Assembly: GCA_964416745.1 (NCBI GenBank)
Contig: CAYQEV010000004.1
Location: 1 to 52,472 of the forward strand
Source of the DNA: an uncultured Woeseia sp.
Lineage (GTDB): Bacteria; Pseudomonadota; Gammaproteobacteria; Steroidobacterales; UBA11654
Length of the DNA: 52,472 nt
Reading direction: 5' to 3'
A program made the position numbers and the translations under genes. Positions 29,227 to 39,009 of this stretch are shown here, one piece after another. The notes under the pieces are model-generated. The model saw only the letters and a list, made by a program, of their open reading frames with translations. It ran no database searches and was not told the origin of the DNA. The number at the start of each line of letters is the position of its first letter. Positions within the stretch are counted from its first letter, which is position 1.

Positions 29227-30639
29227 CTAAATTTTGATCAGTTTATTAGGATTCATTATATTTTTTGGGTCTAGGGATTTTTTAATAGTTTGCATGAGTT
29301 GAATTTTTACAGGATCAGAAAAGTGAACCAAATCATCCATAAGTTTTGATCCAATTCCGTGTTCAGCACTAAATGAACCGCCCAAAGTTTCTGCAGCATT
29401 ATGTACTTCACGATTAATTTCATGAGTTTTATCTAAAAATTCAGTTTCAGACATGGTCTCTGGTTGTTGTTTAGTAAAATGTAGATTTCCATCTCCCAAG
29501 TGACCAAAGGTATAAACTATTGATTTACCTACTATTCTTTCTATAGCCGGCTTGGTCATTGCAAGAAATTCAGGTATTCTCTTAATGGGTACCGAAATAT
29601 CATGATGATAACCTCTGCCCGATAATTTTTCTGCCTCTGAGATACTATGTCTGACTAACCATATTTCATTTTTTTCTTTTTCAGAATTAGCAATTAATCC
29701 ATCGGTAATTTGACTTGATTCCATATTATTTTCAAGGAAATTAATAATATCTTGTTCTCCATGGTTAATGATTTCAAAAATAATCTGCCATGAGTGATCA
29801 ATCCCAAGAGGTAATTTAATATGACTCAAGTATTTTTCTATAGCTTGAATACAGGTGTCACTCATGAATTCAAAGGCTGTGACACAGTCACTAAATTCTG
29901 TTTTTATATTTTGTAAAAGTACGATTGCATCATCAACAGAATTCACCGCAACCATACCCGTTACCGTATTTTTCGGTTTAGATGCTAGTTTGAGGCTCAC
30001 TTTTGTGATGACCCCCAATGTTCCTTCAGCTCCTATAAAAAGTTGTTTTAAATCATAACCCGTATTATCTTTTTTCAATGATTTTAGATCTGAAAAAATA
30101 GAACCATCAGGAAGCACAACTTCAATCCCTATAATCTGATCTCTCGTCATGCCATATTTCAAAACATTAACACCTCCAGCATTAGTTGAAGCATTCCCCC
30201 CAATTTGGCATGACCCTTCGGCACTAAGGCTTAGAGGAAAAAATAGATCATTGTCATCTGCAATTTCTTGGATATTCTGAAGAATGCAACCTGATTCTAC
30301 GATGATTGATTGATTATATGGATCAATACTCAAAAATTTATTTAATTTTGAAGTATTTAAAATAATTTCTATTTGATGTTCACTTGATTGTGGGACATTT
30401 GCTCCACATAGGCTTGTGTTTCCCCCTTGGCTTATAATTTTAATATCATTAAGAAAACAAAATGAAACAATTTGTTGAACTTCATCTAAAGTTTTTGGAA
30501 AAAGTATTACAGGCGTAGAACCTCTGATTTGTCCTCTCCAGTCTTCAAGATATTTTTTTATTATTGATTGATCAGAAATACAATTATCAGCACCAACTAT
30601 TAGCTTAAATTCTTTTAAATAATTTACTTTTATAGGCAT
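29227..30639 (-). CDS. FAD-binding oxidoreductase (GlcD/D-2-hydroxyacid dehydrogenase-like)
   Basis: 470 aa. N-terminal PCMH-type FAD-binding domain (PVILFPKTLDEVQQIV...QGGNTSLCG) and a C-terminal FAD-linked oxidase domain (SAEHGIG). Confidence 0.8.
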   Translation of the reverse strand: MPIKVNYLKEFKLIVGADNCISDQSIIKKYLEDWRGQIRGSTPVILFPKTLDEVQQIVSFCFLNDIKIISQGGNTSLCGANVPQSSEHQIEIILNTSKLNKFLSIDPYNQSIIVESGCILQNIQEIADDNDLFFPLSLSAEGSCQIGGNASTNAGGVNVLKYGMTRDQIIGIEVVLPDGSIFSDLKSLKKDNTGYDLKQLFIGAEGTLGVITKVSLKLASKPKNTVTGMVAVNSVDDAIVLLQNIKTEFSDCVTAFEFMSDTCIQAIEKYLSHIKLPLGIDHSWQIIFEIINHGEQDIINFLENNMESSQITDGLIANSEKEKNEIWLVRHSISEAEKLSGRGYHHDISVPIKRIPEFLAMTKPAIERIVGKSIVYTFGHLGDGNLHFTKQQPETMSETEFLDKTHEINREVHNAAETLGGSFSAEHGIGSKLMDDLVHFSDPVKIQLMQTIKKSLDPKNIMNPNKLIKI

Positions 30640-30654
30640 CTTTTTCCATGCATC

Positions 30655-31680
30655 CTATGGATGCATTTTTTTCATCAATGACCATAACGAAATAAAAAGT
30701 GCTGCAATAATTGGTCCTAAAACGAACCCAGATATTCCAAATAAACTGATTCCTCCAATAGTGGTTAGTAATACTAGATAATCAGGTAATTTAGTTTCTT
30801 TACTGATTAAATAAGGCCTAAGTAGGTTATCTACAAGACCAATGATAAAGAAACCTGAGAATATTAAGATTGAAGCATTAATCCATAACCCCTTATAGAA
30901 TAGTACTAGAGAAATAGGTAACCATACGATCGCGGTTCCGATACCAGGCAAAATACTAAAAAGAGCCATAATAAAGCCCCACAATGCAGCGCCTTGAACA
31001 TTTAACAGGGTTAAAATTATAAACCCAAGAAAACCTTGTGATAATGCCACTAGGAAAGTCCCTTTAATGGTTGCTTTTGTAACATGGTTAAATTCATCTA
31101 AAAGAAATTTTTCATGCTTATCCTCCATTGGGAATGCTTCTATGCAGGCATCTAAAATAGTTTTACCATCCCTTAAGAAAAAGAATAGTAGGTAAATCAT
31201 TATCAGCAATGAGATAACAAAATTGACAATATTTTCACTCGCTCTTATTACGGCAGAGTAGGAAAATTGAGCAACACCATAGGCTAAATCATTTAATTGT
31301 TTGCCAATTGTTTCAATGTTTATGCCTAATTTATCCATTGCTTGTTCAAGAATTGGCAATACACTTATGGCTGTTTTCGTAAAGGACTGAATATCATATT
31401 GACCTGATTCTATATTTGAAAGTATTTGATAGATTTCATTTGTAATTGCAGTAAGAATAAAAAAACTGGGTAAGATGACTATTAATAAGATACCGATTAA
31501 AGAGAAACAACTCGAGAGCGAAGGTCTGTTTATGTATCGATTTATGACATTGTGCATTGGTGAGAAAAGTATTGAAAAAATGACTGCCCAAAAAATAGGA
31601 ATAAAGTAGTCAAACAGCAATGTTGAGAATAATACGGTGATTATTCCCAGAAGAATTAGATATGCATTTTCACTTTTCAT
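30655..31680 (-). CDS. AI-2E family (UPF0118/PerM-like) transporter
   Basis: 341 aa polytopic membrane protein. The C-terminal pattern (PGIGTAIVWLP..., GLVDNLLRP) is typical of the AI-2E/PerM family. Confidence 0.75.
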   Translation of the reverse strand: MKSENAYLILLGIITVLFSTLLFDYFIPIFWAVIFSILFSPMHNVINRYINRPSLSSCFSLIGILLIVILPSFFILTAITNEIYQILSNIESGQYDIQSFTKTAISVLPILEQAMDKLGINIETIGKQLNDLAYGVAQFSYSAVIRASENIVNFVISLLIMIYLLFFFLRDGKTILDACIEAFPMEDKHEKFLLDEFNHVTKATIKGTFLVALSQGFLGFIILTLLNVQGAALWGFIMALFSILPGIGTAIVWLPISLVLFYKGLWINASILIFSGFFIIGLVDNLLRPYLISKETKLPDYLVLLTTIGGISLFGISGFVLGPIIAALFISLWSLMKKMHP

Positions 31681-31751
31681 TTGTGTTTTTATTTTAAAAA
31701 CTCTTAAATAATTATAATGTTAATAGAAAAATAATAGACAGTATTTATATT

Positions 31752-32210
31752 TTGAACAATATTGTAGACAATGTAATTAGAGAACTAGAATTCAAAGCAG
31801 GTTTAACCTTAGCTAGCTTTGGCTTGCAAGCAGAACTTAAGGCTATTCAAAATTATCTAAATAAAGAATCAATTGACGAAGACTTAAAAGAAGCATGTCA
31901 TATTATTTTTAGAACACATTTTCTTCGTGAGGCCTTAAGGCGTGATGATGCTGAAGACGCTTGTTATAACCTTATAATGTTATGGGATCACTGTTCTACA
32001 GCTAGGGATCAAAATTATAGTGATATTTTAGTTGACTCAATAGAGAAACTTTTGAAGGTTACTAATAAAAGAACTAAGACAGTTAAGAATAGACATTTAA
32101 GGGTCTTAGAGCTTAATAAAATGAATTGGTCAATAGATGCTATAGCTGCAGATACAGGATATTCTAGGCGACAAATCTCTAGAGTCATTAACGGACACAC
32201 AAAGAACTAA
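31752..32210 (+). CDS. hypothetical protein with C-terminal helix-turn-helix
   Basis: 152-aa ORF with a TTG start and no obvious SD. The C-terminal WSIDAIAADTGYSRRQISRVINGHT looks like an HTH, with ISRVING as in LacI or resolvase-type HTHs. The N-terminal ~110 aa are unrecognised. Confidence 0.45.
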   Translation: MNNIVDNVIRELEFKAGLTLASFGLQAELKAIQNYLNKESIDEDLKEACHIIFRTHFLREALRRDDAEDACYNLIMLWDHCSTARDQNYSDILVDSIEKLLKVTNKRTKTVKNRHLRVLELNKMNWSIDAIAADTGYSRRQISRVINGHTKN

Positions 32211-32218
32211 AGATATTA

Positions 32219-32292
32219 TCGGGACGAGAGGATTTGAACCTCTGACCCCCTGAACCCCATTCAGGTGCGCTACCAGGCTGCGCCACGCCCCG
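32219..32292 (-). tRNA. tRNA-Pro (anticodon GGG)
   Basis: The reverse complement CGGGGCGTGGCGCAGCCTGGTAGCGCACCTGAATGGGGTTCAGGGGGTCAGAGGTTCAAATCCTCTCGTCCCGA folds as a cloverleaf: 7-bp acceptor, GCGC D-stem, CCTGA/TCAGG anticodon stem, loop AUGGGGU, GGTTCAAAT T-loop. It is very similar to E. coli proL. CCA is not encoded. Confidence 0.93.
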
Positions 32293-32308
32293 TAAAAATG
32301 TAAAAATA

Positions 32309-32650
32309 TTAATCTAAGATATCAATGATTGCTTCGAGATCAGATCTAACATCACTTAATGTCGATTGTTTAGAAACTTTTTCAGATTCATCATGTGTTA
32401 GCTTCTGTTTGGCTCCTTTAATAGTGTATCCACTATCGTAGAGTAATTCTTTAATTTGTCTTATAAGAAGAACATCATGGCGTTGGTAATACCTTCGATT
32501 TCCACGTCTTTTTATAGGTTTTAGCTGTGTAAATTCCTGTTCCCAGTATCTTAATACGTGAGCTTCTACCTCGCACAAATTACTAGCTTCACTGATAGTA
32601 AAGTATCTTTTTGTCGGTATTGAGGGAAGATGAGGGTTATTCTGAGTCAT
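32309..32650 (-). CDS. MerR family transcriptional regulator
   Basis: 113 aa with an N-terminal MerR HTH ([25 protein letters not shown]). The position after ihfA is conserved in pseudomonad-type gammaproteobacteria. Confidence 0.8.
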   Translation of the reverse strand: MTQNNPHLPSIPTKRYFTISEASNLCEVEAHVLRYWEQEFTQLKPIKRRGNRRYYQRHDVLLIRQIKELLYDSGYTIKGAKQKLTHDESEKVSKQSTLSDVRSDLEAIIDILD

Positions 32651-32936
32651 TGGATAGAGTTTTGACTGCTTCCTTTAATTTCTGACCTGATTTAAATGTA
32701 ACCACCTTTCGTGCTGATATTTCAACATCTTCACCAGTTCTTGGATTTCTGCCAGGTCTGGGTGACTTATCTTTGAGTTGAAAATTACCAAAACCTGAAA
32801 GTTTTACTTCTTCACCGCTTTCCAATTTGTTTTTTATATTATCAAATAAAGAGTCCACTAATTCTTTAGCTTCTCTTTTATTAAGACCAATTTCATTGTT
32901 TAAGTCTTCAACGATGTCTGATTTTGTTAAGGTCAT
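32637..32936 (-). CDS. ihfA: integration host factor subunit alpha
   Basis: 99 aa HU/IHF fold ([22 protein letters not shown]), located downstream of pheT. Confidence 0.93.
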   Translation of the reverse strand: MTLTKSDIVEDLNNEIGLNKREAKELVDSLFDNIKNKLESGEEVKLSGFGNFQLKDKSPRPGRNPRTGEDVEISARKVVTFKSGQKLKEAVKTLSNDSE

Positions 32937-34978
32937 TATCTTATAATTAAATTCATTTTTTTGACGATAAGGTGATTGATTTTTAACATATATTTATCGA
33001 TCTCATCATCATTTAGGGTGCGTGATTTTGATTGAAAAATCAAGCCTAGAGCAACACTTTTTTTATCTGCAGATATTTTATCACCCATGTATGCATCAAA
33101 AATAATTATGTTACTTAAGTCTTTGATTTTAAGAGCGTCTATCATTTTTATTATGGATTTAATTTCTATATCAACATCCATTAAAATGGAAAGATCTCTT
33201 CTAGAATATGGGAAATATTTAGAGGAAGAATGGCTAATGTTTTTATTAATTTCTAAGGCATCATAATCTACCTCGAAGATAACCGGGTTTGAGTCCAATT
33301 TAAGCTCATTAGATAATTCTGGGTTTAGTTCACCAATAAAGCCTATGGTTTTATTTTTAAGCTTAATAGAAGCACTTTTACCAGGACACAGCATATTGTG
33401 CTTAACTGCTTTAAATGAAATATTTTGGAGTACTTTAAATTGGTCAAACATATTCTCCAAGTGCCCTTTAACATCATAAAAGTCAATGGATGTAGTTGTC
33501 TCACCCCATTGTTCATTGTTCCTATTTCCATAAACAAGACCTGATATCACAAGCTTTTCGTCAGGTATTCTCTTATGAGAAGAAAAGACTTTTCCAATCT
33601 CAAATAAACGAACATCATTTTGTTGTCTTTTTAGGTTATAAGAAAGATTAGTAATCAGACCCGGCCACAGTGAGTTCCGCATGACTGACATTTCAATTGA
33701 CAAAGGGTTTTGTATGTCCAAAGCATCAGAATATGATTTTTTTGATAGTAAGTTCATTGATGGACTAACGAAGCTATAGTTCACCACTTCTGAATAACCA
33801 AAGTTACAAAGAAGGTTACTAATTTCATCTCTCTTTTCTGCTCTCAAGGAGTTTAACTGAAGATTGATATTTTGTTTTTCTGTGGATTCAGGTATTTTTT
33901 CATACCCATAAATTCTCGCTATTTCTTCAATTAAATCGCATTCATCTTGAAGGTCAAAACGGTAACTAGGCGCCTTTACGCTCCACCCTTCATAGCCGAA
34001 GTCTTTTTCTTGCAGCTCCATGTTTAGCCTTTTCAAGATATTGACAATAGATTTATTTGGAATGGTTATACCTAAAGTTCTTCTGATTTGATCTTTTCTA
34101 AGAAAAATAAAGTTATTCTTAGGTTTATTCTTATCGCTGACTGTTTGTTTAATTGGACCATTGCTACCCCCTGCTTCCTGATTTAGCAACTCTGTAAAAC
34201 GTTCAACTGCCTGAGATTGAATATTAGGGTCTACTCCTCTTTCAAATCTTAGGCTGGCTTCACTATATAGATTAAGTAATCGTGATTTACCCATAATTGT
34301 TTCAAAATTAAAGTATGCAGATTCTAAAACTATAGAAGTGGTTGTTTCAGAGATACCTGATTCTTCACTTCCCATAATACCCGCTATACCTAATGTTTGA
34401 TTCTTATCTGCAATAACAAGGAAATCTTTATTTAAAACTTTACTGGTTCCATCAAGTATTTTGATTGATTCTTTATTTTTGGCTCTTCTAACAATAATCT
34501 TTGATTTTATTGAATCCAGGTCATATGTATGCAGGGGTTGACCCGTTTCTAGCATTACATAGTTAGCTATATCAACCACTAAATTAACTGATTTAAAACC
34601 ACAGAGCTCAAGTCCATCTTTAAGCCAGGATGGGGAGCTCACTTGATTGTCAAAATCTTTAATAACTCGAGTAACAAAGACAGGACAATCCTGATTTGAT
34701 TCAATTTCTATAGGGAGGCTTTGATTATGATGAATCTCTGAGGTTTGATTTCTTGGTTTTTTTAATTTTGTATTATCAATTGCTGCAATTTCTTGCAAAA
34801 TTCCTTTGAGGCTAAAGCAATCAGCACGGTTGGGTGTTAAAGAGAAATCAATAACTTGTTTCTTATTATGATCAATTAATTCACATTCAATACCAGCAAG
34901 AGTCAACTTGTGGATAAGATTATGAACATCAGTAATCTTTTTGTTGTGTTCCTTTAGCCATTCAACTGGAAGTTTCAT
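32936..34978 (-). CDS. pheT: phenylalanine--tRNA ligase beta subunit (short form lacking the B2 OB-fold domain)
   Basis: 680 aa. The N-terminal B1 segment runs directly into the LTPNRADC motif. B3/4, B5, the catalytic-like domain and the C-terminal FDX-ACB domain are recognisable. Confidence 0.9.
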   Translation of the reverse strand: MKLPVEWLKEHNKKITDVHNLIHKLTLAGIECELIDHNKKQVIDFSLTPNRADCFSLKGILQEIAAIDNTKLKKPRNQTSEIHHNQSLPIEIESNQDCPVFVTRVIKDFDNQVSSPSWLKDGLELCGFKSVNLVVDIANYVMLETGQPLHTYDLDSIKSKIIVRRAKNKESIKILDGTSKVLNKDFLVIADKNQTLGIAGIMGSEESGISETTTSIVLESAYFNFETIMGKSRLLNLYSEASLRFERGVDPNIQSQAVERFTELLNQEAGGSNGPIKQTVSDKNKPKNNFIFLRKDQIRRTLGITIPNKSIVNILKRLNMELQEKDFGYEGWSVKAPSYRFDLQDECDLIEEIARIYGYEKIPESTEKQNINLQLNSLRAEKRDEISNLLCNFGYSEVVNYSFVSPSMNLLSKKSYSDALDIQNPLSIEMSVMRNSLWPGLITNLSYNLKRQQNDVRLFEIGKVFSSHKRIPDEKLVISGLVYGNRNNEQWGETTTSIDFYDVKGHLENMFDQFKVLQNISFKAVKHNMLCPGKSASIKLKNKTIGFIGELNPELSNELKLDSNPVIFEVDYDALEINKNISHSSSKYFPYSRRDLSILMDVDIEIKSIIKMIDALKIKDLSNIIIFDAYMGDKISADKKSVALGLIFQSKSRTLNDDEIDKYMLKINHLIVKKMNLIIR

Positions 34979-34981
34979 AAA

Positions 34982-35968
34982 TTACTTGAATTGGTTTAAA
35001 AAGTTTAAATCGTTTTCATAAAAATGTCGGATATCATTAATCCCGTATTTAAGCATAGCGAGTCTTTCAACGCCCATACCAAATGCATACCCATTGTATA
35101 TTTCATTATCTATTCCTAGATTAGTTAATACTTTTGGATGAACCATACCGCAACCAAGAATCTCAAGCCATTGGTTATCTTTTGACAATAAATCAACTTC
35201 AGCTGAAGGTTCAGTAAAAGGAAAATAAGAAGGTCGAAATCTCAATTTCATGTCTTCTTCAAAAAACGTATTTATAAAGTCGTGTAGAACTCCTTTAAGA
35301 TGAGTGAAGTTGATATCTTTATCAATTACTAGACCTTCAATTTGATGAAACATTGGTGTGTGTGTAATATCTGAATCTCTTCGATAGACCTTACCAGGGG
35401 CAATCACACGTATAGGGACACCGTACTTTTCCATAGATCTAATCTGAATGGGTGATGTATGAGTTCTAAGTAAATACTGTGCGTTAAAATAAAAAGTGTC
35501 ATGCATAGCTCTTGCAGGATGATTTTCTGGAATATTTAAAGCTGTAAAATTGTGATATTCATCTTCTATTTCTGGACCATCTTCAACAAGAAAACCTGCG
35601 TTTAAAAATATTTTTTCAATTTCATTTAACGTGGAAGTGACTGGGTGCGGGTTACCAATTATTGTAGTTCTTCCAGGCATTGTGACATCTAAAGCGGAGT
35701 CTTCAATATTGGATTTAATTTTCTTATCATTCAGTGAATTTTTCTTATTAGCAATTTCATTCTCAACTAACTTTTTAAGTTTATTGACTTCTTTACCAAC
35801 TCTAGGACGATCATCCGGATCAACCTTTGAAAGTTTCTTCAGTTGACTACTGACACTTCCTTTTTTTCCTAAATACTGAACTCTAACAGAATCAAGTTCT
35901 TCTAATGTGGAACTGTTTCTTATGTCTTTGAGAGCCTGTTTAGATAGATCTGACAAACGGTCAGTCAT
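34982..35968 (-). CDS. pheS: phenylalanine--tRNA ligase alpha subunit
   Basis: 328 aa class II aaRS motifs (FPFTEPS, GFAFGMGVERLAML). Confidence 0.95.
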   Translation of the reverse strand: MTDRLSDLSKQALKDIRNSSTLEELDSVRVQYLGKKGSVSSQLKKLSKVDPDDRPRVGKEVNKLKKLVENEIANKKNSLNDKKIKSNIEDSALDVTMPGRTTIIGNPHPVTSTLNEIEKIFLNAGFLVEDGPEIEDEYHNFTALNIPENHPARAMHDTFYFNAQYLLRTHTSPIQIRSMEKYGVPIRVIAPGKVYRRDSDITHTPMFHQIEGLVIDKDINFTHLKGVLHDFINTFFEEDMKLRFRPSYFPFTEPSAEVDLLSKDNQWLEILGCGMVHPKVLTNLGIDNEIYNGYAFGMGVERLAMLKYGINDIRHFYENDLNFLNQFK

Positions 35969-35969
35969 A

Positions 35970-36332
35970 TTAAGAGTTCTCTAAAGCTGATTTAGCCTTT
36001 TCTGAGAGTGCTTTAAATGCATCCAGGTCGTTGACAGCAAGATCAGCTAGAATTTTCCTATCTATCTCTATATTTGCAGATTTTAAACCGTGCATGAATT
36101 TACTATAAGATAAGTCAGACAGCCTAGCTGCTGCATTAATCCGAATTATCCATAAGGATCGGAAATTACCTTTCTTTTTTCTTCTATCTCTATAGGCATA
36201 TTGGCCAGCTTTAGTTGCTGCTTGTTTAGCAACTTTAATCAGGCGACTTCTAGCACCATACTGACCTTTAGTTTTCTTCAGTACTTTTTTATGTTTTGTT
36301 TTTGAGGTAACGCCTCTTTTTACTCTAGCCAT
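35970..36332 (-). CDS. rplT: 50S ribosomal protein L20
   Basis: 120 aa beginning MARVKRGV.....HKK.L, as in L20. Confidence 0.95.
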   Translation of the reverse strand: MARVKRGVTSKTKHKKVLKKTKGQYGARSRLIKVAKQAATKAGQYAYRDRRKKKGNFRSLWIIRINAAARLSDLSYSKFMHGLKSANIEIDRKILADLAVNDLDAFKALSEKAKSALENS

Positions 36333-36346
36333 TATTTTTCCCTAAT

Positions 36347-36544
36347 TTAACTATAAGGTAAGAGTTTTTTTATACTCTTTACGTCTGCATCTGCAATGAG
36401 AGAAGAAGATCTAAGATGTCTTTTTCTTTTACTGCTTTTTTTAGTCAATATATGATTCATATGTGATGAACTTTTTTTATATTTACCGCTTCCGGTTTTT
36501 TTAAACCTTTTTGCAGCCCCTCTATTTGTTTTTAATTTTGGCAT
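36347..36544 (-). CDS. rpmI: 50S ribosomal protein L35
   Basis: 65 aa beginning [20 protein letters not shown]. Confidence 0.95.
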   Translation of the reverse strand: MPKLKTNRGAAKRFKKTGSGKYKKSSSHMNHILTKKSSKRKRHLRSSSLIADADVKSIKKLLPYS

Positions 36545-36557
36545 TATTATTCTTTAT

Positions 36558-37076
36558 TTAGTTATGTTTTGGCGCAACGACCATAACAAGTTGTCTACCT
36601 TCAAACTCTGCATCTTGCTCGATAGCTGCTATTGATTCTATGTCATCAACTACACGTTTTAACAGATCATGACCCAATTCAACGTGTCTCATTTCTCTTC
36701 CCCTGTATCTTAATGATACTTTTACTTTATTACCTTGTTCTAAAAAAGCCCTAATTTTATTTAATTTAACTTCGTAGTCACCTATTTCAATCAAAGGCCT
36801 GAATTTAATTTCTTTTACTTGAAATACCTTCTGCTTCTTTTTAGCACCTTGTGTCTTCTTCTTTTGTTCAAATAAGAACTTGCCATAATCTAAGATTCTA
36901 CAAACTGGAGGTTCTGTGTTCGGTGAGACTTCAACTACATCCATGCCCTTATTCGTAGCTATTTCAATTGCTTCTTTAATGCTTAGAATGCCAAGTTGCG
37001 TGCCATCTTCATCAATTAGTCTTACTTCCGAAGCTTTTATTTGCTTATTCTTCCGAACCCTTTTTTTTGCAGCGAT
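36558..37076 (-). CDS. infC: translation initiation factor IF-3 (apparent ATC start)
   Basis: The frame is open up to a TAG at 37097-37095. Sequence upstream of the ORF-track ATG (36944) encodes the IF-3 N-domain (KASEVRLIDEDGTQLGILSIKEAIEIATNKGMDVVEVSPN). An AAGGAGG RBS (37088-37082) is followed 5 nt later by ATC (37076-37074). There is no ATG, GTG or TTG in this stretch. Confidence 0.88.
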   Translation of the reverse strand: MAAKKRVRKNKQIKASEVRLIDEDGTQLGILSIKEAIEIATNKGMDVVEVSPNTEPPVCRILDYGKFLFEQKKKTQGAKKKQKVFQVKEIKFRPLIEIGDYEVKLNKIRAFLEQGNKVKVSLRYRGREMRHVELGHDLLKRVVDDIESIAAIEQDAEFEGRQLVMVVAPKHN

Positions 37077-37086
37077 AGTTTCCTCC

Positions 37087-39003
37087 TTATACAGCTAGTT
37101 CTTTTTCAATATTTTTTAAGAACTTCTTAAGTTCCATATTACCTAAATCATCACCCTTTTGAGTTCTTACAGTGATTTCTTCACTGCTGAGCTCACGATC
37201 CCCTAAAATTATTAGATACGGTACCTTTTTTAAAGTGTGATCGCGAATTTTAGAGCCTATTTTTTCGTTTCTCAAGTCAATTTCGACTCTAAAGCCATTT
37301 TTTTTAATTTCATCACATATGCTTTGTGCATATTTATTTTGTTTTTGGTTAATTGACATGACGCAAATTTGTGTTGGAGCAAGCCATAGAGGGAATTTTC
37401 CTGCATAGTGCTCGACTAAAATACCAAAAAATCTTTCAATGGATCCCAATAAAGCCCTATGGATCATAATCGGGTGATACTTCTTTCCATCATTACCAAT
37501 ATAGTTCATATCAAATCGTTCTGGTAGATTGAAGTCTAATTGAATTGTTGAGCACTGCCAGAGTCTTCCAATAGCATCTTTTATCTTAATATCAATTTTT
37601 GGTCCATAAAATGCTCCACCACTAATGTCTGTTTTATAATCTAATTTTTTTGATTCCAATGCGTTAATTAAGGCGTCTGTGGCTTTATCCCATATGTCTT
37701 CAGTGCCGACAAATTTCTCTGGTCTAGTTGCAAGATGGATTTCAAATTCTTCAAAATTAAATGTTTTTAACATCTTTAGGGCGAGATCAAGAATATCTTT
37801 TATTTCTTGCTCAATTTGCTCTTCTGAGCAGAAAATATGTGAATCATCTTGGGTAAATCCTCTTACTCTCATCAATCCATGAAGAGCTCCTGTCATTTCA
37901 TGTCTATAAACGGTTCCTAGTTCTGCCCATCTAATTGGTAAATCTCTATAGGATCTTAGGGTATTTTTATAAACAAGAACATGAAACGGGCAATTCATAG
38001 GTTTTAAACGATACAATTGATTTTCATCGTCAATGGGTTTATACATTGATTCTTCATAAAAATCTGTGTGCCCTGAGGTTTGCCAAAGCGTATCAAGAGC
38101 TATATGCGGGGTATAAAGAAGATCATAATTTGCATTTTGATGCTCTTCTTTCCAGTAATTTTCAATAATATTTCTTACTCTAGCACCATTAGGATGCCAA
38201 AAAACTAGGCCTCCTCCAGCATCTTCTTGGATGCTGAATAAATCTAAATCTTTTCCAATTTTTCTATGATCTCTTTTTTCAGCTTCTTCAATTTGATTAA
38301 GATAGTTATCAAGGTCTTTTTGAGTTCTCCATGCTGTTCCATATATTCTTGTTAGCATTTCATTACTAGAGTCACCTTTCCAGTAGGCACCTGAAACTTT
38401 TGTTAATTTAAAAGGGCCTATGAAACTTAAGTTTGGTAAGTGAGGGCCTATGCAAAGATCAATAAATTTAGTGTCTTCATTTGTATAAATCTGGAAATCA
38501 TTATCTTGCTCAGCTTCATTAATAATTCTTAACTTATAATCTTCTTTTTTATCATTAAAGAACTTAGAAACTTCGTTTTTTGAATGGAGTGTTTTATTGA
38601 TTGTAGATTTATTTTTAATAACCCTCTTCATTTCTTTTTCAATTGTCACCAAATCATCTGATGAAATAGCTTTTTCGGAAAAAACATCATAATAAAAACC
38701 ATTATCTATAGTCGGTCCAATCGCTAATTTTGACTCTGGGTAAAGAGTTTTTATAGAAGCAGCAAGAACTTGAGCTGCGACGGTATGTCGCATGATCTCA
38801 ATGCCTTCATCTGAATCAATAGTAATTATTGATACCGAACTATCATGTTCAATTTTATCTTCTAAGTCTTTTTGAACACCATCAATTGATATTGCCACTG
38901 CGCTTTTAGCTAAACCTGGGCCTATTGTTTTAGCTAAATCTAGACCAGTTGATCCCTTTGGTAAATCCTTTTTTGATCCATCAGGTAAAGTTATAGATAG
39001 CAT
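37087..39003 (-). CDS. thrS: threonine--tRNA ligase
   Basis: 638 aa with an N-terminal TGS domain, an editing domain, a class II core and an anticodon-binding domain. Its stop codon lies inside the infC RBS. Confidence 0.95.
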   Translation of the reverse strand: MLSITLPDGSKKDLPKGSTGLDLAKTIGPGLAKSAVAISIDGVQKDLEDKIEHDSSVSIITIDSDEGIEIMRHTVAAQVLAASIKTLYPESKLAIGPTIDNGFYYDVFSEKAISSDDLVTIEKEMKRVIKNKSTINKTLHSKNEVSKFFNDKKEDYKLRIINEAEQDNDFQIYTNEDTKFIDLCIGPHLPNLSFIGPFKLTKVSGAYWKGDSSNEMLTRIYGTAWRTQKDLDNYLNQIEEAEKRDHRKIGKDLDLFSIQEDAGGGLVFWHPNGARVRNIIENYWKEEHQNANYDLLYTPHIALDTLWQTSGHTDFYEESMYKPIDDENQLYRLKPMNCPFHVLVYKNTLRSYRDLPIRWAELGTVYRHEMTGALHGLMRVRGFTQDDSHIFCSEEQIEQEIKDILDLALKMLKTFNFEEFEIHLATRPEKFVGTEDIWDKATDALINALESKKLDYKTDISGGAFYGPKIDIKIKDAIGRLWQCSTIQLDFNLPERFDMNYIGNDGKKYHPIMIHRALLGSIERFFGILVEHYAGKFPLWLAPTQICVMSINQKQNKYAQSICDEIKKNGFRVEIDLRNEKIGSKIRDHTLKKVPYLIILGDRELSSEEITVRTQKGDDLGNMELKKFLKNIEKELAV

Positions 39004-39009
39004 GATTTA

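Noticed and set aside
31681-32308. A genomic island or prophage remnant at tRNA-Pro.
   Set aside because: There is no integrase, no repeat of the tRNA 3' end and no cargo beyond one small ORF. The flanking genes are conserved housekeeping synteny.
36558-36944. The ORF-track version of infC, starting at the ATG at 36944 (128 aa).
   Set aside because: The IF-3 N-terminal domain is encoded in-frame upstream. infC is known for non-canonical start codons, and an AAGGAGG RBS precedes the ATC at 37076.
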